Of a stretch of DNA of 64,000 bases, positions 1 through 13,172 are shown one piece after another; within the stretch, counting starts at the first letter, position 1, and every line of letters starts with the position of its first letter. This DNA is from a virus. The notes under the pieces are model-generated. The model made no database searches, was not told the DNA's origin, and worked only from the letters and a program-made list of their open reading frames with translations. The stretch is taken from UHGV virus genome UHGV-0147904. One strand, written 5' to 3'. The translations under genes were made by a program, and so were the position numbers.

Positions 1-34
1 CCGTCAAAAGCTCTTTCGTTGTCATGTTATTCAT
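1..34 (-). CDS. Partial CDS, first 11 codons only (MNNMTTKELLT...), continues beyond the window start
   Basis: ATG at 34-32 on the minus strand preceded by an AGGAAAG ribosome-binding site; truncated by the window edge. Confidence 0.2.
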   Translation of the reverse strand, partial: MNNMTTKELLT

Positions 35-231
35 AGTCTTTCCTCTGCTTAAAACCTGATGTATTGCGCCTTCAGGTGGGTCAGGAATGTTTTCCCACCA
101 GCGAACGCAATATCTCGGGGTGTTCTTTTCGTGAAAAGCGCGTGCCATTGCCAACTTTGGCGTTTGTTTGCGAGTTCGTGCTTTTGTCGGCGTCTGGACC
201 ACCGCTTTTCTTTCAGTCGTTTTTTACACAT

Positions 232-720
232 TCAAAACGGAATATCGTCGTCAAAGTCCATTGGAGGTTCGTTATTGGCGTTGCTCTGAGGTTTACCGCC
301 ACCACTGTATTGCTGGTGGTTTTGAGGTTGGTTTGATTGCCCCCAGCCATTTGAGGACTGTGAATCGTCACGGCGAGCGCCGATCATTTGCATGGTGCCG
401 CCCTGGCTGACGATAATTTCCGTCGTGTAACGTTCTACACCGGCGTCATCTGTCCACTTACGGGTTTTAAGTTTCCCTTCGATGTAGACCTGAGAACCTT
501 TTCGTAAATACTCACTCGCAATTTCAGCAAGTTTTCCGAACAAAACGACTTTATGCCATTCTGTTTGCTCTTTCTGTTGGCCTGTTTGCTTGTCGCGCCA
601 TGATTCATTCGTTGCGATGCTGAGTCTTCCGACTGCTCCGCCATTTGGTATATACCTGATATCTGGGTCTTGTCCCAGGGTACCTATCAGGATGACTTTA
701 TTTACACCGCGTTGTGCCAC
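232..720 (-). CDS. ssb: Single-stranded DNA-binding protein
   Basis: 162-aa translation [23 protein letters not shown]... with OB-fold core, Gly/Gln-rich tail and acidic C-terminus DFDDDIPF typical of SSB; GTG start with AGGTGAG ribosome-binding site. Confidence 0.9.
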   Translation of the reverse strand: MAQRGVNKVILIGTLGQDPDIRYIPNGGAVGRLSIATNESWRDKQTGQQKEQTEWHKVVLFGKLAEIASEYLRKGSQVYIEGKLKTRKWTDDAGVERYTTEIIVSQGGTMQMIGARRDDSQSSNGWGQSNQPQNHQQYSGGGKPQSNANNEPPMDFDDDIPF

Positions 721-739
721 TTATCTCACCTAATAAAAT

Positions 740-756
740 AAATTAATTAGAGCAAT
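740..756. promoter_or_regulatory. C1 repressor operator-like 17-mer (one mismatch to consensus ATTGCTCTAATAAATTT, reverse orientation)
   Basis: aaattaattagagcaat in the ssb-lyz divergent intergenic region. Confidence 0.5.
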
Positions 757-889
757 AATGTATATCTTTGAAACGTAGCTAACAAGTGATTTGCATTATC
801 CTGTGCCTTCTAAAGGGATCGAGTCAGTCGGTATTGGCTGTGAATGGGTGTTTGTCCTGGAGCGTAAAAAATTCGCTTATGAGGTCTTT

Positions 890-1447
890 ATGAAGGGAAA
901 AACAGCCGCAGGAGGCGGTGCAATTTGCGCTATCGCGGTGATGATTACCATCGTGATGGGTAATGGCAATGTGCGAACCAACCAGGCGGGGCTTGAGCTG
1001 ATTGGTAACGCTGAAGGTTGCCGACGTGATCCATACATGTGCCCGGCGGGTGTATGGACTGACGGGATTGGTAATACACACGGGGTAACGCCAGGCGTGC
1101 GAAAAACCGACCAGCAAATCGCCGCTGATTGGGAAAAGAATATCCTGATCGCTGAACGCTGTATTAACCAGCACTTCCGGGGCAAAGACATGCCCGATAA
1201 TGCCTTCAGCGCAATGACAAGCGCGGCATTCAATATGGGATGCAATAGCTTACGGACCTACTACAGCAAAGCGCGAGGCATGCGAGTAGAAACGTCCATC
1301 CACAAGTGGGCGCAGAAAGGGGAATGGGTGAATATGTGTAACCATCTCCCTGATTTCGTGAACAGTAACGGCGTGCCCCTGCGAGGTTTAAAGATTCGCC
1401 GTGAAAAAGAACGCCAGCTTTGCCTGACGGGGCTTGTCAATGAATAA
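890..1447 (+). CDS. lyz: SAR (signal-anchor-release) endolysin, T4-lysozyme-like
   Basis: 185 aa from the internal ATG at 890 with GAGG ribosome-binding site; N-terminal weakly hydrophobic Gly/Ala-rich segment AAGGGAICAIAVMITIVMG followed by a lysozyme core, matching recalled P1 Lyz architecture. Confidence 0.85.
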   Translation: MKGKTAAGGGAICAIAVMITIVMGNGNVRTNQAGLELIGNAEGCRRDPYMCPAGVWTDGIGNTHGVTPGVRKTDQQIAADWEKNILIAERCINQHFRGKDMPDNAFSAMTSAAFNMGCNSLRTYYSKARGMRVETSIHKWAQKGEWVNMCNHLPDFVNSNGVPLRGLKIRREKERQLCLTGLVNE

Positions 1448-1694
1448 ACTCCGGCAGCTCCGCCGACTTTCGACAATGAAGTTATCGCTGGCGGCGATAG
1501 TTTTTGACTCGATTTTCATGGCGGTATATGTGCTCAATGAGACGTGGCCACTGGAACCGCTATTGTATGCCGGGCTTCGGCTGTGCCTGACATTTTTGAG
1601 CATGGCTGCGAGATTGATGCAGCAGAAAGAAACCGCTTCAGATTGTCCACGCCGCGCGGTGCGCAAATATATGGCACGAAGGCGAAGGCGATAA
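1440..1694 (+). CDS. Small membrane protein with two predicted TM segments and an Arg-rich C-terminus; possible lysis accessory
   Basis: ATG at 1440 overlaps the lyz stop by 8 nt (translational coupling); hydrophobic stretches LSLAAIVFDSIFMAVYVL and LRLCLTFLSMAARL; ends RKYMARRRRR. Confidence 0.4.
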   Translation: MNKLRQLRRLSTMKLSLAAIVFDSIFMAVYVLNETWPLEPLLYAGLRLCLTFLSMAARLMQQKETASDCPRRAVRKYMARRRRR

Positions 1695-1711
1695 TAGTTA
1701 ACGAGAACCCC

Positions 1712-1738
1712 GGCAGCTGCCGGGGTTATTTTTGGTGG

Positions 1739-1743
<5 letters not shown>
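1712..1743. terminator. Rho-independent terminator between convergent genes
   Basis: GC stem ccccggcagc/gctgccgggg followed by ttattttt; sits between the plus-strand 1440-1694 gene and the minus-strand gene ending at 1739. Confidence 0.55.
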
Positions 1744-4469
<2,726 letters not shown>

Positions 4470-4536
4470 TTAATTAGAATAATTCGCATCGTGTTTGAAC
4501 GGAAATTTAACACTAGTCACTTGTTAAGGATTACCA

Positions 4537-7500
4537 ATGAACAAGCTATCTATGGGGGTGTTTCGCTGTTCAAGTGTCAGCGAAATATTGAAATACATTA
4601 GGGCAATAACATCTCACCGAGCGCCGATTAAATACGGCGTGGAAAAGGTGGAAGGCAAAAGCTATGACCGACTGCGCCGTGAGGCGAATCAGAAGGCGAT
4701 AGATTTGCTTAATTCGCTGGTGGACGGCGCGACACTGACAGATGAACAGCGCCAGATCCTGGCTGGGTACACCGGTGAAGGCGGCATTGGCGGGTCCGTC
4801 TCCGAATATTACACACCAAAGCCTATCGCTGAAGGTGTCTGGGAGATCATGAAGCTCTACGGCGCGGACGTAGGTAACACTCTGGAACCATCGGCGGGAA
4901 CCGGCGTTTTTAATGAGACAAAACCGGTTGGTACGGTGATGACCGCGACTGAGATCAGCAGTGTTTCCGGTCGTATAAACCAGTTGTTACACCCGGAAGA
5001 CAGCGTACAGATTTCCCCGTTCGAACAGCTGGCTATAAACACGCCTAACGATTCATTCGACCATGTTGTGGGTAACGTTCCGTTCGGCGGTCGTGATAAC
5101 ACACGCAACATCGATAAGCCTTACGCAGAAGAAACGGACATGGGTTCTTACTTCATGCTCCGCATGCTGGACAAGATAAAGCCTGGCGGATTCATGTGTG
5201 TGATTGTGCCGCCGTCCATTGTTTCAGGTTCAAACATGAAGCGGTTACGCCTGCGCCTATCACGGAAAGCTGAATTTCTTGGCGCTCACCGCTTGCCTAC
5301 CGGTACTTTTGACGCAAACGGGACCAGTACAGTCGTTGATGTGGTGCTGATGCGCAAACATCCGGCAGAGATGGCTGAGAAAATCCCCCTGGTGGATGAA
5401 AGCACTCTCGAATCGGCAAATGTGCTTTGGCCAACGTTTATTTCTGGCAAGTGGTTTGAAAAGGACGGCCGCCGGTTTGTTCATGGCACCCAGGAAAAGG
5501 GCTTCCAGGGGCGTATTGAGGTTCGTGCCGACGGTCAGATTGATAACCAGGCTCTTAAAGCGAAGCTGATTCATCGTTTCGAAAGCCGTATCGACTGGTC
5601 TTTGCTCGATATGGCTGAACCGTCACCGACCGCAGACGTTGTTGGTGAAGGGGAAATGCGCCTGATTAATGGCGTATGGCAAAAATATGCTGGTGGTCGC
5701 TGGATTGAAGCTGATGCCGGGAAGGAACTTAAGATCGATGCTGCCAGTTATGGCGCGGATAGCTGGGAGGCTCTTCAGCGTAACCTGACTACAACAGAAG
5801 GCCGTCTCGGCATGACATTTACCCAGATGGCAAATGTCCGCGATAAGTACACCACATCAATCAGCGACGATATGGTGCAGCTGGTGGACTGGATTAACAG
5901 CCAGCCTGAAAAATACCGTGAACGCTTGTATCGCGGGGCGATGATTGGCCGGATGTTAATTGAATATCAGGACATGAAGGCCGCCGGGCATAGTGCTGAA
6001 CAAATCGAACAGCAGCGCCTTTCTCTGGTATCCCGTTTGCAGGCAGAGATTGACCGTTTTGGTAACCCCGGTCGCGGTCCGATAGCGAAATTGTCGGGGA
6101 GCGGTGCGCGCGCCTGGTTTGCTTTCCGTGGTGCGATTAAGCTGGATGGCACTATTTCTGACGAGCTGACAGGAAAGCTGGTTACGCATGATTCCAGCGC
6201 CAGTTATGACTCCACCAGCTATCAGGACACCCTGCGTTATCTCTATAGCGATCTTACCCGCGATCCAATCCAGCTCGATGATTTCCGCCTTGCGTTTACC
6301 GGCGAACTGCCAGCCAGTGATGAAGAGTTGCTTAATTTATTGGCCAGCACCCCTGGTATTGCGGTTTCACCGTATGGCGGGATTGTTCCGTTCGCCCGCG
6401 CCACCAGCGGCGACATTAACGAGATAGTGGCTCCAAAACAGGAATTTCTTGCCACACTCCCCGACGGTCCAGTAAAGAACAACGTCCTTAATCAGCTGGC
6501 AGCGATCGAAGAGAAGCGCATCAAGACGCCAGCAGAGAATATCCGCTTTAAGCTCAATAGCCGTTGGTTCGACCGCTCCGTCATTCTGGAATTTTTGCAG
6601 GAAAACGGCTATCCGGATCTGCGCTATGTGCAGTCAGTGCAGCTGGAAGGCGACGAAATGGTTTCTGACACCTATCACGGTGGTGATGGTCTGTTCGTCG
6701 GGCACCGATACGGTGTCGTCCAGCGCAAGGATAAAGAAACAGGCGAGATCCGCTACGAGTGGGACCGTAAATCGGGTGAAAACGCGACCGGGTTCCCGGC
6801 ACAGCTGGAAAAGTATCTCAATGGTGCGCGTATCGGTGGCAAAGATAGCGCGACGGCGAACGGCTACCGCGAGCAGATGGCACTGCTTGAGGACCAGTTC
6901 AATAAGTGGATCAAGACGCACGATCGCTACGATGAGCTGGTTGCCAAATACAACGATGTGTTCAATAGCAATATCCCGTATGAACACTCTGGCGATCCGC
7001 TTGGGTTGAAGGGATTAAGCGGTAAGCGCCAGCCATTTGATTACCAGAATAGCGAGGTGCGCCGACTGTCCGAAGATGGGCGCGGCATCCTGGGCTTCGG
7101 CACCGGGCTGGGTAAAACCACGACCGCGCTGGCGCTTGAGGCGTTCAACTATGAGAACGGTCGCTCCACCCGTACTGCGTATGTAGTGCCTAAATCAGTG
7201 CTGGAAAACTGGTATTACGAAGCAAAAGAATTCCTGAGTGAAGAGGCATTCAGTAACTACCTGTTCGTCGGTCTTGATGTGCTGATGGATGGCGATCAGA
7301 TTCGCCAGGTGCAGGTGCTCGATGAGAACGGTAAACCTGTTCTTGGTACTGATGGCACTCCAGTTATGCGCGATGCTCTTAAGCTGGCAGATGAAGCCAC
7401 TATCACGGCGCGGATGAACGCGATCCCGCACTCAAATTACCGTGCAGTCGTGTTTACCAAAGAACAATACGCCCGCATTCCGCTACGTGATGACACCGTA

Positions 7501-10500
7501 GATGAGCATGCACAGGATATGCTTTATGACTTCGTTGCCGCCGGACGCGTAGCCAGCGCAATGGACTCCGACTCCCACCGCAAAGAGGCCGCGCGTCGCC
7601 GGGTATTGTCGGAGTATTCAGATACCGGCACCGAAAAAGCAGAGAAGTATCCGTACTTTGAGGATATGGGCTTCGATAGTGTGATCGCTGACGAAGGTCA
7701 CAACTACCGCAATAGCTATAAAAATGGTCGCGAAGCGTCACAACTGGCCTATCTGCCCACCAGCGCGGTGGCGCAATCGGCGCGAGATATGGCAATTAAA
7801 AACGCGTACCTGATGAAAAAGAATGGTGGGCGCGGGCCGGTTCTCCTGACTGCAACGCCAGTCGTTAACACCCCGATCGATGCATACAACATGCTTTCTC
7901 ATGTTCTGCCGAAGGAATACTGGCAGAACATGGGGATCTACGGTCCTGATGACTTCGTTAAATTCTTCGGCAAGACCAGGCTGGAAACGGTACAGAAAAT
8001 TAGCGGTGAAGTTGAAGAAAAAATGGCGCTGGTGGGCTTTGAAAACCTTGATGCGCTGCGCGGTATATTCCATCGCTGGGTAACGCTTAAAACGGCGGAA
8101 GACGTTAAGGATACCGTGGAGATCCCGGAGCTGGACGAACACCAGCAGGATGCACCACTTACTGAAGAACAACTGGCGGCGTATGAAGAATTGCGTCAGC
8201 AGGCGGAAGCGGCGGCCAAAGCCAACAATGGCGTAACGACCTCGGTCAATGAAGACGGCGTGATTGAGCACGAGAAAGCCCGTCCGATCTTCTCAATAAT
8301 CAGGGATATGGACCGCGTATGTACTGACATGGACCTGTACTATCGCCGGATCACCTATCGTTTCCTGCCGGAGTACGCCGATGCGGTGCAGCAGCTGGCG
8401 GACAGTTTGCCTAAACAAGCCACCAGCGAAGACGACGACAGTGATGATTCAATCACGCAGCAATCGCAATACTCCCTGATAGATAAGGGCGAGTTTATTC
8501 AGTTGCAGGTTCCGGAAGCGTTCGAGCAGGAAGTGAATAAGCGCCTGGCCAGGTTTGGCATTGACGAACAGACCGTAACTCACCCCGTTACGCCCAAATA
8601 CGCGAAGCTGATTGCCACGCTGAAGGAGTTTTTCCCGGAAGGTAAGCAAATCATCTTCACCGATGAAAAAACGCAGCACCAGAAGCTCAAGCGCATTATC
8701 TGCAATGCTCTTAACCTTGAACCTTCAAAGGTGGGGATACTGAATGCTCAGACGGTTGCCGAGGCAGGTAAAACCGGTAAGAAACTGAAAGCGGTTAAAC
8801 CGCCGAAAGAGTTACCGGATGAACCAACAGATGCACAGATAGCGAAATACAACGAGCAAATGGCTCTGTATGACGCCTATATCGCGCAGCAAAATGAAAT
8901 GTCGTTGGGCGGTCTGGAAAAGATTGCAGCCGACTTCCAGGAGGGCCGGACTCCGATCATCATCTGCAACAAAAAGGCAGAGGTGGGTATCAACCTGCAT
9001 CGAGGAACGACTGACATCCATCATCTGACGTTGCCATGGACTCCAGCCAGTATTGCGCAACGAAACGGTCGCGGTGCCCGAGTTGGCTCCAACCGTGCAA
9101 GCGTTCGCGTTCACTACTACTGCGGCAAGGGTTCTTTCGATGAATACCGACTGAAGACGCTGAAGCGTAAAGCAGGCTGGATCTCCGATATCCTCCGTTC
9201 AGATAAGTCAGAAATGGAGAACGCCGACGCCAACGATATGATCGAAATGCAGATGTATACCGCTAAGGATGATGGCGAACGTCTGGCAATGATGCAGGTT
9301 CAAATGGATAAGGCGAAAGCCGCGCAACGCGCTCGCCAGAAAGAACAGGCTACTATCGACCTTCAGAACTACATCAAGGCGCAGCACGCAGCTGGTGAGG
9401 ATGTGGAGGTGCTTACCGCTGAATTAGAGCGAAGCAAAGCGGAACTTGAAAAGACCACCGCCGAGGTAGCTAAATTCAAACAGGCGGCAATGGCCAAGGC
9501 AGCGGATAACGCAGACTGGAAGGCACGCTGGGGGAGTGTCCATCACACAGACCGTATGTTGTTAGCACAGTATCGCGCGTCGTTGAAAAGCGCCATTCAG
9601 CGCAAGGCTAATATCTCTCAAGCCATCTCCCGCTATGAGAAATTATTGAACCGTACTCAGAAGGCCGCGACGGATATCAAACGCCTGCGCCCGCTGGTGG
9701 AGGATGCATTAAATAAAGGCATTCTGGATGTTGATCCTGACCTGGTTAACCATGCGAGTGAGTTCCTTGTTATCGGCGATCGCTCATGGCGTGTAGGCCA
9801 ATACTACGATTGTGCCGGTGATATCGTTCGCATTAAGTCGCTGGACTTCGACAGCCAGCGCGCAGACGTGGAGATCATCTTCACCTTCAAAGGCACCAAA
9901 TCTGGTAACTGGGATGTGAAGACGCTGGATAAACAGGTTGATGTAACTCCCGATGAAGATGCTGTTATGCAGAAAATCAGTGGTGGCGTCTCCATCGCCG
10001 GGATTAACGACATCGTTTCCTGTGACGATTTCTACCGTTTCCAGCAGCGCGGCATGATCAAAATCACTGACTCATACGGCGTTCAGACTACAGAGTCAGG
10101 CTATAGCATTGATTTTGTTGGTACCTATACGGACCCACTGAAGCATGCGGTTTACCCGGATCGCCGTGACGGCGCGCTGAAGTCGTCAATTGCAAAATGG
10201 GTGCTTGGTATGATGTCGGAAGGGAATAACCGCCAGATCCGTTCGGCAGAAGCATTCCTGGTTGAACTGTTTGGCTCCAATTATGGCGATGTAATCGCGT
10301 CATACGGAGATACGCTATCCCCTGAAGCAATTCAGGAGAAAATAGCGGATGCGATCGCCAGAATGCCGGAGAAAACAAGCCAGGGGGCTACTCGTAACGG
10401 GGATTCTGAACTTGAAGTCACCAATGCCATTTTCGGTACCAATGAGTTCCGGGCGTCAGATTATGAGATCACCACAGCACAGTTTGGCACCATTGGCATT

Positions 10501-11304
10501 TACAGCAATAAAGACGAGATCAAGCAGGCAATGGACGCAGCAAGCGCGCGCATTGCAGCAGAACGGAAAGCCAATCTGAATCATGCAGTCGCCGCGCTGA
10601 CTCAATCGTGGGTAACAGCAATCAGGGAGGCCGCCACCACAGGGAAAATCACACCGGCAATTGCGGATGTCGTAAACGACGGCTCTAAATTTATGGATGC
10701 CTATCAAATGGATGCGGTGCAGTTGCCATCAGCCTATGGGCAACTCAGCTATCGCATGACCTACAACCTGGTATCAATGTTTACCGACCTTGCCATCCTT
10801 GGGCTGGTGGACCTTAACGAGGTTACGCCGGAATTGCTCAGCATGCGCAAGAATCATGTGGAGATATTGCACAGAATTAACACGGTACTTGCCGGGCGCA
10901 CCGATGAAGAGAAACAGGCAGACGCTGATCGGATAAACCTGGCCCTTGGCAACATCACGGAGGAAGAAATTGCTGCCAGAAACGAGAAACAAGAAGAGTT
11001 ATCATCAATACAGGGTGATGCCACCAGCATAGCTCAGTCTCTTGGTCTGAATTATCGCGTATCCACCGCCGACCTGAAGATGATGTACGCACCAAAATTC
11101 GCCGCTGGCGAGGTATTTGGGCTTCAGGAAGCCTCCGGCATGAAAGGGGTTCTTTTCCGTGCGAAAGACGCAATCAAGGCGAAATTCGGCGCTCGCTGGT
11201 TGCCAGCGAAGGCGAAGAACAGCGACTTCCCAGGTAACTGGTGGATTATCGAGACAAAACACAACGTGGCGGACGTTCTGGCCGTCATCCAACAATACGC
11301 ATAA
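4537..11304 (+). CDS. darB: DarB, defence-against-restriction protein: N-terminal N6-adenine methyltransferase fused to an SF2 helicase
   Basis: 2255-aa single ORF; methyltransferase motif GNVPFGG near the N-terminus; helicase Walker A GFGTGLGKTT and DEGH box (VIADEGHNY); size matches P1 DarB. Confidence 0.9.
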   Translation: MNKLSMGVFRCSSVSEILKYIRAITSHRAPIKYGVEKVEGKSYDRLRREANQKAIDLLNSLVDGATLTDEQRQILAGYTGEGGIGGSVSEYYTPKPIAEGVWEIMKLYGADVGNTLEPSAGTGVFNETKPVGTVMTATEISSVSGRINQLLHPEDSVQISPFEQLAINTPNDSFDHVVGNVPFGGRDNTRNIDKPYAEETDMGSYFMLRMLDKIKPGGFMCVIVPPSIVSGSNMKRLRLRLSRKAEFLGAHRLPTGTFDANGTSTVVDVVLMRKHPAEMAEKIPLVDESTLESANVLWPTFISGKWFEKDGRRFVHGTQEKGFQGRIEVRADGQIDNQALKAKLIHRFESRIDWSLLDMAEPSPTADVVGEGEMRLINGVWQKYAGGRWIEADAGKELKIDAASYGADSWEALQRNLTTTEGRLGMTFTQMANVRDKYTTSISDDMVQLVDWINSQPEKYRERLYRGAMIGRMLIEYQDMKAAGHSAEQIEQQRLSLVSRLQAEIDRFGNPGRGPIAKLSGSGARAWFAFRGAIKLDGTISDELTGKLVTHDSSASYDSTSYQDTLRYLYSDLTRDPIQLDDFRLAFTGELPASDEELLNLLASTPGIAVSPYGGIVPFARATSGDINEIVAPKQEFLATLPDGPVKNNVLNQLAAIEEKRIKTPAENIRFKLNSRWFDRSVILEFLQENGYPDLRYVQSVQLEGDEMVSDTYHGGDGLFVGHRYGVVQRKDKETGEIRYEWDRKSGENATGFPAQLEKYLNGARIGGKDSATANGYREQMALLEDQFNKWIKTHDRYDELVAKYNDVFNSNIPYEHSGDPLGLKGLSGKRQPFDYQNSEVRRLSEDGRGILGFGTGLGKTTTALALEAFNYENGRSTRTAYVVPKSVLENWYYEAKEFLSEEAFSNYLFVGLDVLMDGDQIRQVQVLDENGKPVLGTDGTPVMRDALKLADEATITARMNAIPHSNYRAVVFTKEQYARIPLRDDTVDEHAQDMLYDFVAAGRVASAMDSDSHRKEAARRRVLSEYSDTGTEKAEKYPYFEDMGFDSVIADEGHNYRNSYKNGREASQLAYLPTSAVAQSARDMAIKNAYLMKKNGGRGPVLLTATPVVNTPIDAYNMLSHVLPKEYWQNMGIYGPDDFVKFFGKTRLETVQKISGEVEEKMALVGFENLDALRGIFHRWVTLKTAEDVKDTVEIPELDEHQQDAPLTEEQLAAYEELRQQAEAAAKANNGVTTSVNEDGVIEHEKARPIFSIIRDMDRVCTDMDLYYRRITYRFLPEYADAVQQLADSLPKQATSEDDDSDDSITQQSQYSLIDKGEFIQLQVPEAFEQEVNKRLARFGIDEQTVTHPVTPKYAKLIATLKEFFPEGKQIIFTDEKTQHQKLKRIICNALNLEPSKVGILNAQTVAEAGKTGKKLKAVKPPKELPDEPTDAQIAKYNEQMALYDAYIAQQNEMSLGGLEKIAADFQEGRTPIIICNKKAEVGINLHRGTTDIHHLTLPWTPASIAQRNGRGARVGSNRASVRVHYYCGKGSFDEYRLKTLKRKAGWISDILRSDKSEMENADANDMIEMQMYTAKDDGERLAMMQVQMDKAKAAQRARQKEQATIDLQNYIKAQHAAGEDVEVLTAELERSKAELEKTTAEVAKFKQAAMAKAADNADWKARWGSVHHTDRMLLAQYRASLKSAIQRKANISQAISRYEKLLNRTQKAATDIKRLRPLVEDALNKGILDVDPDLVNHASEFLVIGDRSWRVGQYYDCAGDIVRIKSLDFDSQRADVEIIFTFKGTKSGNWDVKTLDKQVDVTPDEDAVMQKISGGVSIAGINDIVSCDDFYRFQQRGMIKITDSYGVQTTESGYSIDFVGTYTDPLKHAVYPDRRDGALKSSIAKWVLGMMSEGNNRQIRSAEAFLVELFGSNYGDVIASYGDTLSPEAIQEKIADAIARMPEKTSQGATRNGDSELEVTNAIFGTNEFRASDYEITTAQFGTIGIYSNKDEIKQAMDAASARIAAERKANLNHAVAALTQSWVTAIREAATTGKITPAIADVVNDGSKFMDAYQMDAVQLPSAYGQLSYRMTYNLVSMFTDLAILGLVDLNEVTPELLSMRKNHVEILHRINTVLAGRTDEEKQADADRINLALGNITEEEIAARNEKQEELSSIQGDATSIAQSLGLNYRVSTADLKMMYAPKFAAGEVFGLQEASGMKGVLFRAKDAIKAKFGARWLPAKAKNSDFPGNWWIIETKHNVADVLAVIQQYA

Positions 11305-11308
11305 CAGG

Positions 11309-11330
11309 AGCGCCCGGTTCGCCGGGCGTC
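11309..11330. other. GC-rich hairpin in the darB-ulx spacer
   Basis: gcgcccgg ttcg ccgggcgt, no T-run; lies 8 nt upstream of the next ATG. Confidence 0.35.
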
Positions 11331-11337
11331 GCATAAT

Positions 11338-11778
11338 ATGGCCACACTATCTGATACAATAAAACCGAATAAAACATATCTTGAGGCGGTACTCCGTACA
11401 GCGTTGTTAGGAAAGACAGAAGACGAATACGTTGATTTCTTCCTGTCAGGGCTACGCGGGCGATTACTGAAAAATCCCCGCCTGTACCGCAGCTATGGCC
11501 CATACTGGCCGGAAATTAAAAAATTATTACTGGAGCGCGGTTATGGTAATTTCGGTCGTCTCGTTGACCGTGACGTTCGCAAAATTTACCGTTATGACCG
11601 CCCGGCGCTGACGCTCATAGCTGCGACGCTCTACAGCCAGGAGCGTTTTGATAATGGTCAGATATACTCAGCCTGGCATTTACTGCCAGTGCCTGAAGAG
11701 GTTGACGACCAGGACTATGAGTTTGAGTCTTACGATTTGGAAGTTGAAGCCTTGGCACAGGCTGGAGAGAAAACTTGA
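11338..11778 (+). CDS. Small protein downstream of darB (P1 ulx-like by position)
   Basis: 146-aa ORF, ATG 30 nt after the darB stop; name by synteny only. Confidence 0.45.
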   Translation: MATLSDTIKPNKTYLEAVLRTALLGKTEDEYVDFFLSGLRGRLLKNPRLYRSYGPYWPEIKKLLLERGYGNFGRLVDRDVRKIYRYDRPALTLIAATLYSQERFDNGQIYSAWHLLPVPEEVDDQDYEFESYDLEVEALAQAGEKT

Positions 11779-12023
11779 AGAAGCGATACTACACAGTAAA
11801 GCATGGGACGCTACGAGCATTGCAAGAGTTTGCTGATAAGCATAACGTTGAGGTGCGCAGGGAAGGGGGAAGTAAAGCTCTGCGCATGTACCGTCCTGAC
11901 GGAAAATGGCGGACGGTCGTCGATTTCAAAACTAACAGTGTTCCCCAGGGCGTCCGCGACCGGGCATTCGAAGAATGGGAGCAGATCATCATAGATAACG
12001 CATTGCTTCTGAACGCTGATTAA
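11775..12023 (+). CDS. Small protein (P1 lxc-like by size and position)
   Basis: 82-aa ORF whose ATG overlaps the upstream stop (ATGA); size matches recalled Lxc. Confidence 0.45.
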   Translation: MKKRYYTVKHGTLRALQEFADKHNVEVRREGGSKALRMYRPDGKWRTVVDFKTNSVPQGVRDRAFEEWEQIIIDNALLLNAD

Positions 12024-12033
12024 TAATCATTTA

Positions 12034-12054
12034 AAGCCCATATGATATGGGCTT
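12034..12054. other. Perfect 9-bp-stem hairpin at the left edge of the AT-rich island
   Basis: aagcccata tga tatgggctt immediately after the lxc-like stop; no T-run. Confidence 0.5.
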
Positions 12055-12075
12055 AAACAACAGGATCGATATACA

Positions 12076-13116
12076 GTGTTAGTTAAATATATAGGCGAGA
12101 GTTATATGGAAAAACCTTGGCCGGGCATGCACATTAGAACATCTTGTCTGGAGGATGGTTTCTTTAGAGCAACGCAACCAAAGTATCTTAATGATCCGTC
12201 GAGTGAGTCGCGACTTCTTCCATTTTTTAATAAATTTTCACCAGCCGATTACGCATGGGCTAGAAATGAATTTAAGAAAATGCAACGAGATCCATCTTAT
12301 GTCCCATCTATACAAGAGTTAGAGTATTATTTAAAACCTTGCGGGAAACGATACGGAGAGGATTTTCCACACTTGTTAATCAATGAAGGTTTTACCTCAA
12401 TGGATTCATATGATGAATCTAAACTCCAAGAAATAGTAACGTACCTTAACGATTATTTAGTAGAAGCCGTAAGCTGTCATCTTGGTGTATTCTCTCTATC
12501 AAAAAGTGATTGCAATCTACACATGTGGACTCATTATGCATCGATAGGAAAGGGGTTTGCTGTAGTTTTCGATGAAACACACGATTTTTTTAAAATATAT
12601 CGGCCGTGTGATGTTAGTTATAATCCAGAAGATAGAGCATCTGTAACCTATTATAAAGGCGCTGTGCGATTTAATGGCTATCCTGCGCCATCGAGGAATA
12701 TAGATATAAAGAATAAAGATAATACATTGCATGGGATCTTAAATCGAGATCCAGTTCGCGAGCTTTTTATTAATAGGCTTCTTTATACAAAAGGTGAAGA
12801 GTGGCTTCCTGAAAATGAAAGTAGAATTATTTTTCCATTGGCTGATTGCGAGAGAAAAATAGGAAGCATTGTCTCTCCATCGATTGATGATTGCCTATTG
12901 AATGAGTATCCTGATGTTTTTCATGACTATCATGAAATTAACTTAAAGAAAATTCCTTTTTCTGCATTCAAGCAAATTACCTTAGGGTATAACATGACTG
13001 AAAAAGATAAAAATATAATTTTAGATAAAGTTAGTTCGAATAAAGAATTGTCTCACGTCAACGTATTACAATCAAAACTTGATATATACGGAAAGGTTGT
13101 GGTTAAGCCCATGTAA
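12076..13116 (+). CDS. Candidate defence/exclusion cargo protein, possibly DUF2971-family, at the P1 res/mod hotspot
   Basis: 346-aa ORF (GTG at 12076, alternative ATG at 12106) in a markedly AT-rich patch; motifs KYLNDPSSES and HMWTHYASIGKGFAVVFDE resemble what I recall of DUF2971; occupies the lxc-mat interval where P1 has res/mod. Confidence 0.6.
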   Translation: MLVKYIGESYMEKPWPGMHIRTSCLEDGFFRATQPKYLNDPSSESRLLPFFNKFSPADYAWARNEFKKMQRDPSYVPSIQELEYYLKPCGKRYGEDFPHLLINEGFTSMDSYDESKLQEIVTYLNDYLVEAVSCHLGVFSLSKSDCNLHMWTHYASIGKGFAVVFDETHDFFKIYRPCDVSYNPEDRASVTYYKGAVRFNGYPAPSRNIDIKNKDNTLHGILNRDPVRELFINRLLYTKGEEWLPENESRIIFPLADCERKIGSIVSPSIDDCLLNEYPDVFHDYHEINLKKIPFSAFKQITLGYNMTEKDKNIILDKVSSNKELSHVNVLQSKLDIYGKVVVKPM

Positions 13117-13145
13117 TAATACGCTTATGTCTACACTTCATGATA

Positions 13146-13172
13146 AATACCTTCCTTAACTTAGGAAGGTTA
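13146..13172. other. Inverted repeat between convergent cargo gene and mat-like gene
   Basis: accttcc ttaactta ggaaggt, plus a second short palindrome aacct tcgt aggtt at about 13184-13197; possible bidirectional terminator. Confidence 0.35.

Noticed and set aside
49-231. 60-aa minus-strand ORF downstream of ssb
   Set aside because: Highly basic Arg/Lys-rich translation with no start context; probably intergenic between ssb and the partial gene at the window start.
7738-8271. 177-aa minus-strand ORF, and several others, nested inside darB
   Set aside because: Antisense to a 6.8-kb gene with strong motif support; Arg/Phe-rich composition typical of out-of-frame reading.
12517-12732. 71-aa minus-strand ORF inside the cargo gene
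   Set aside because: Antisense to the 346-aa ORF; Ile/Tyr-rich product of AT-rich DNA; no start context.
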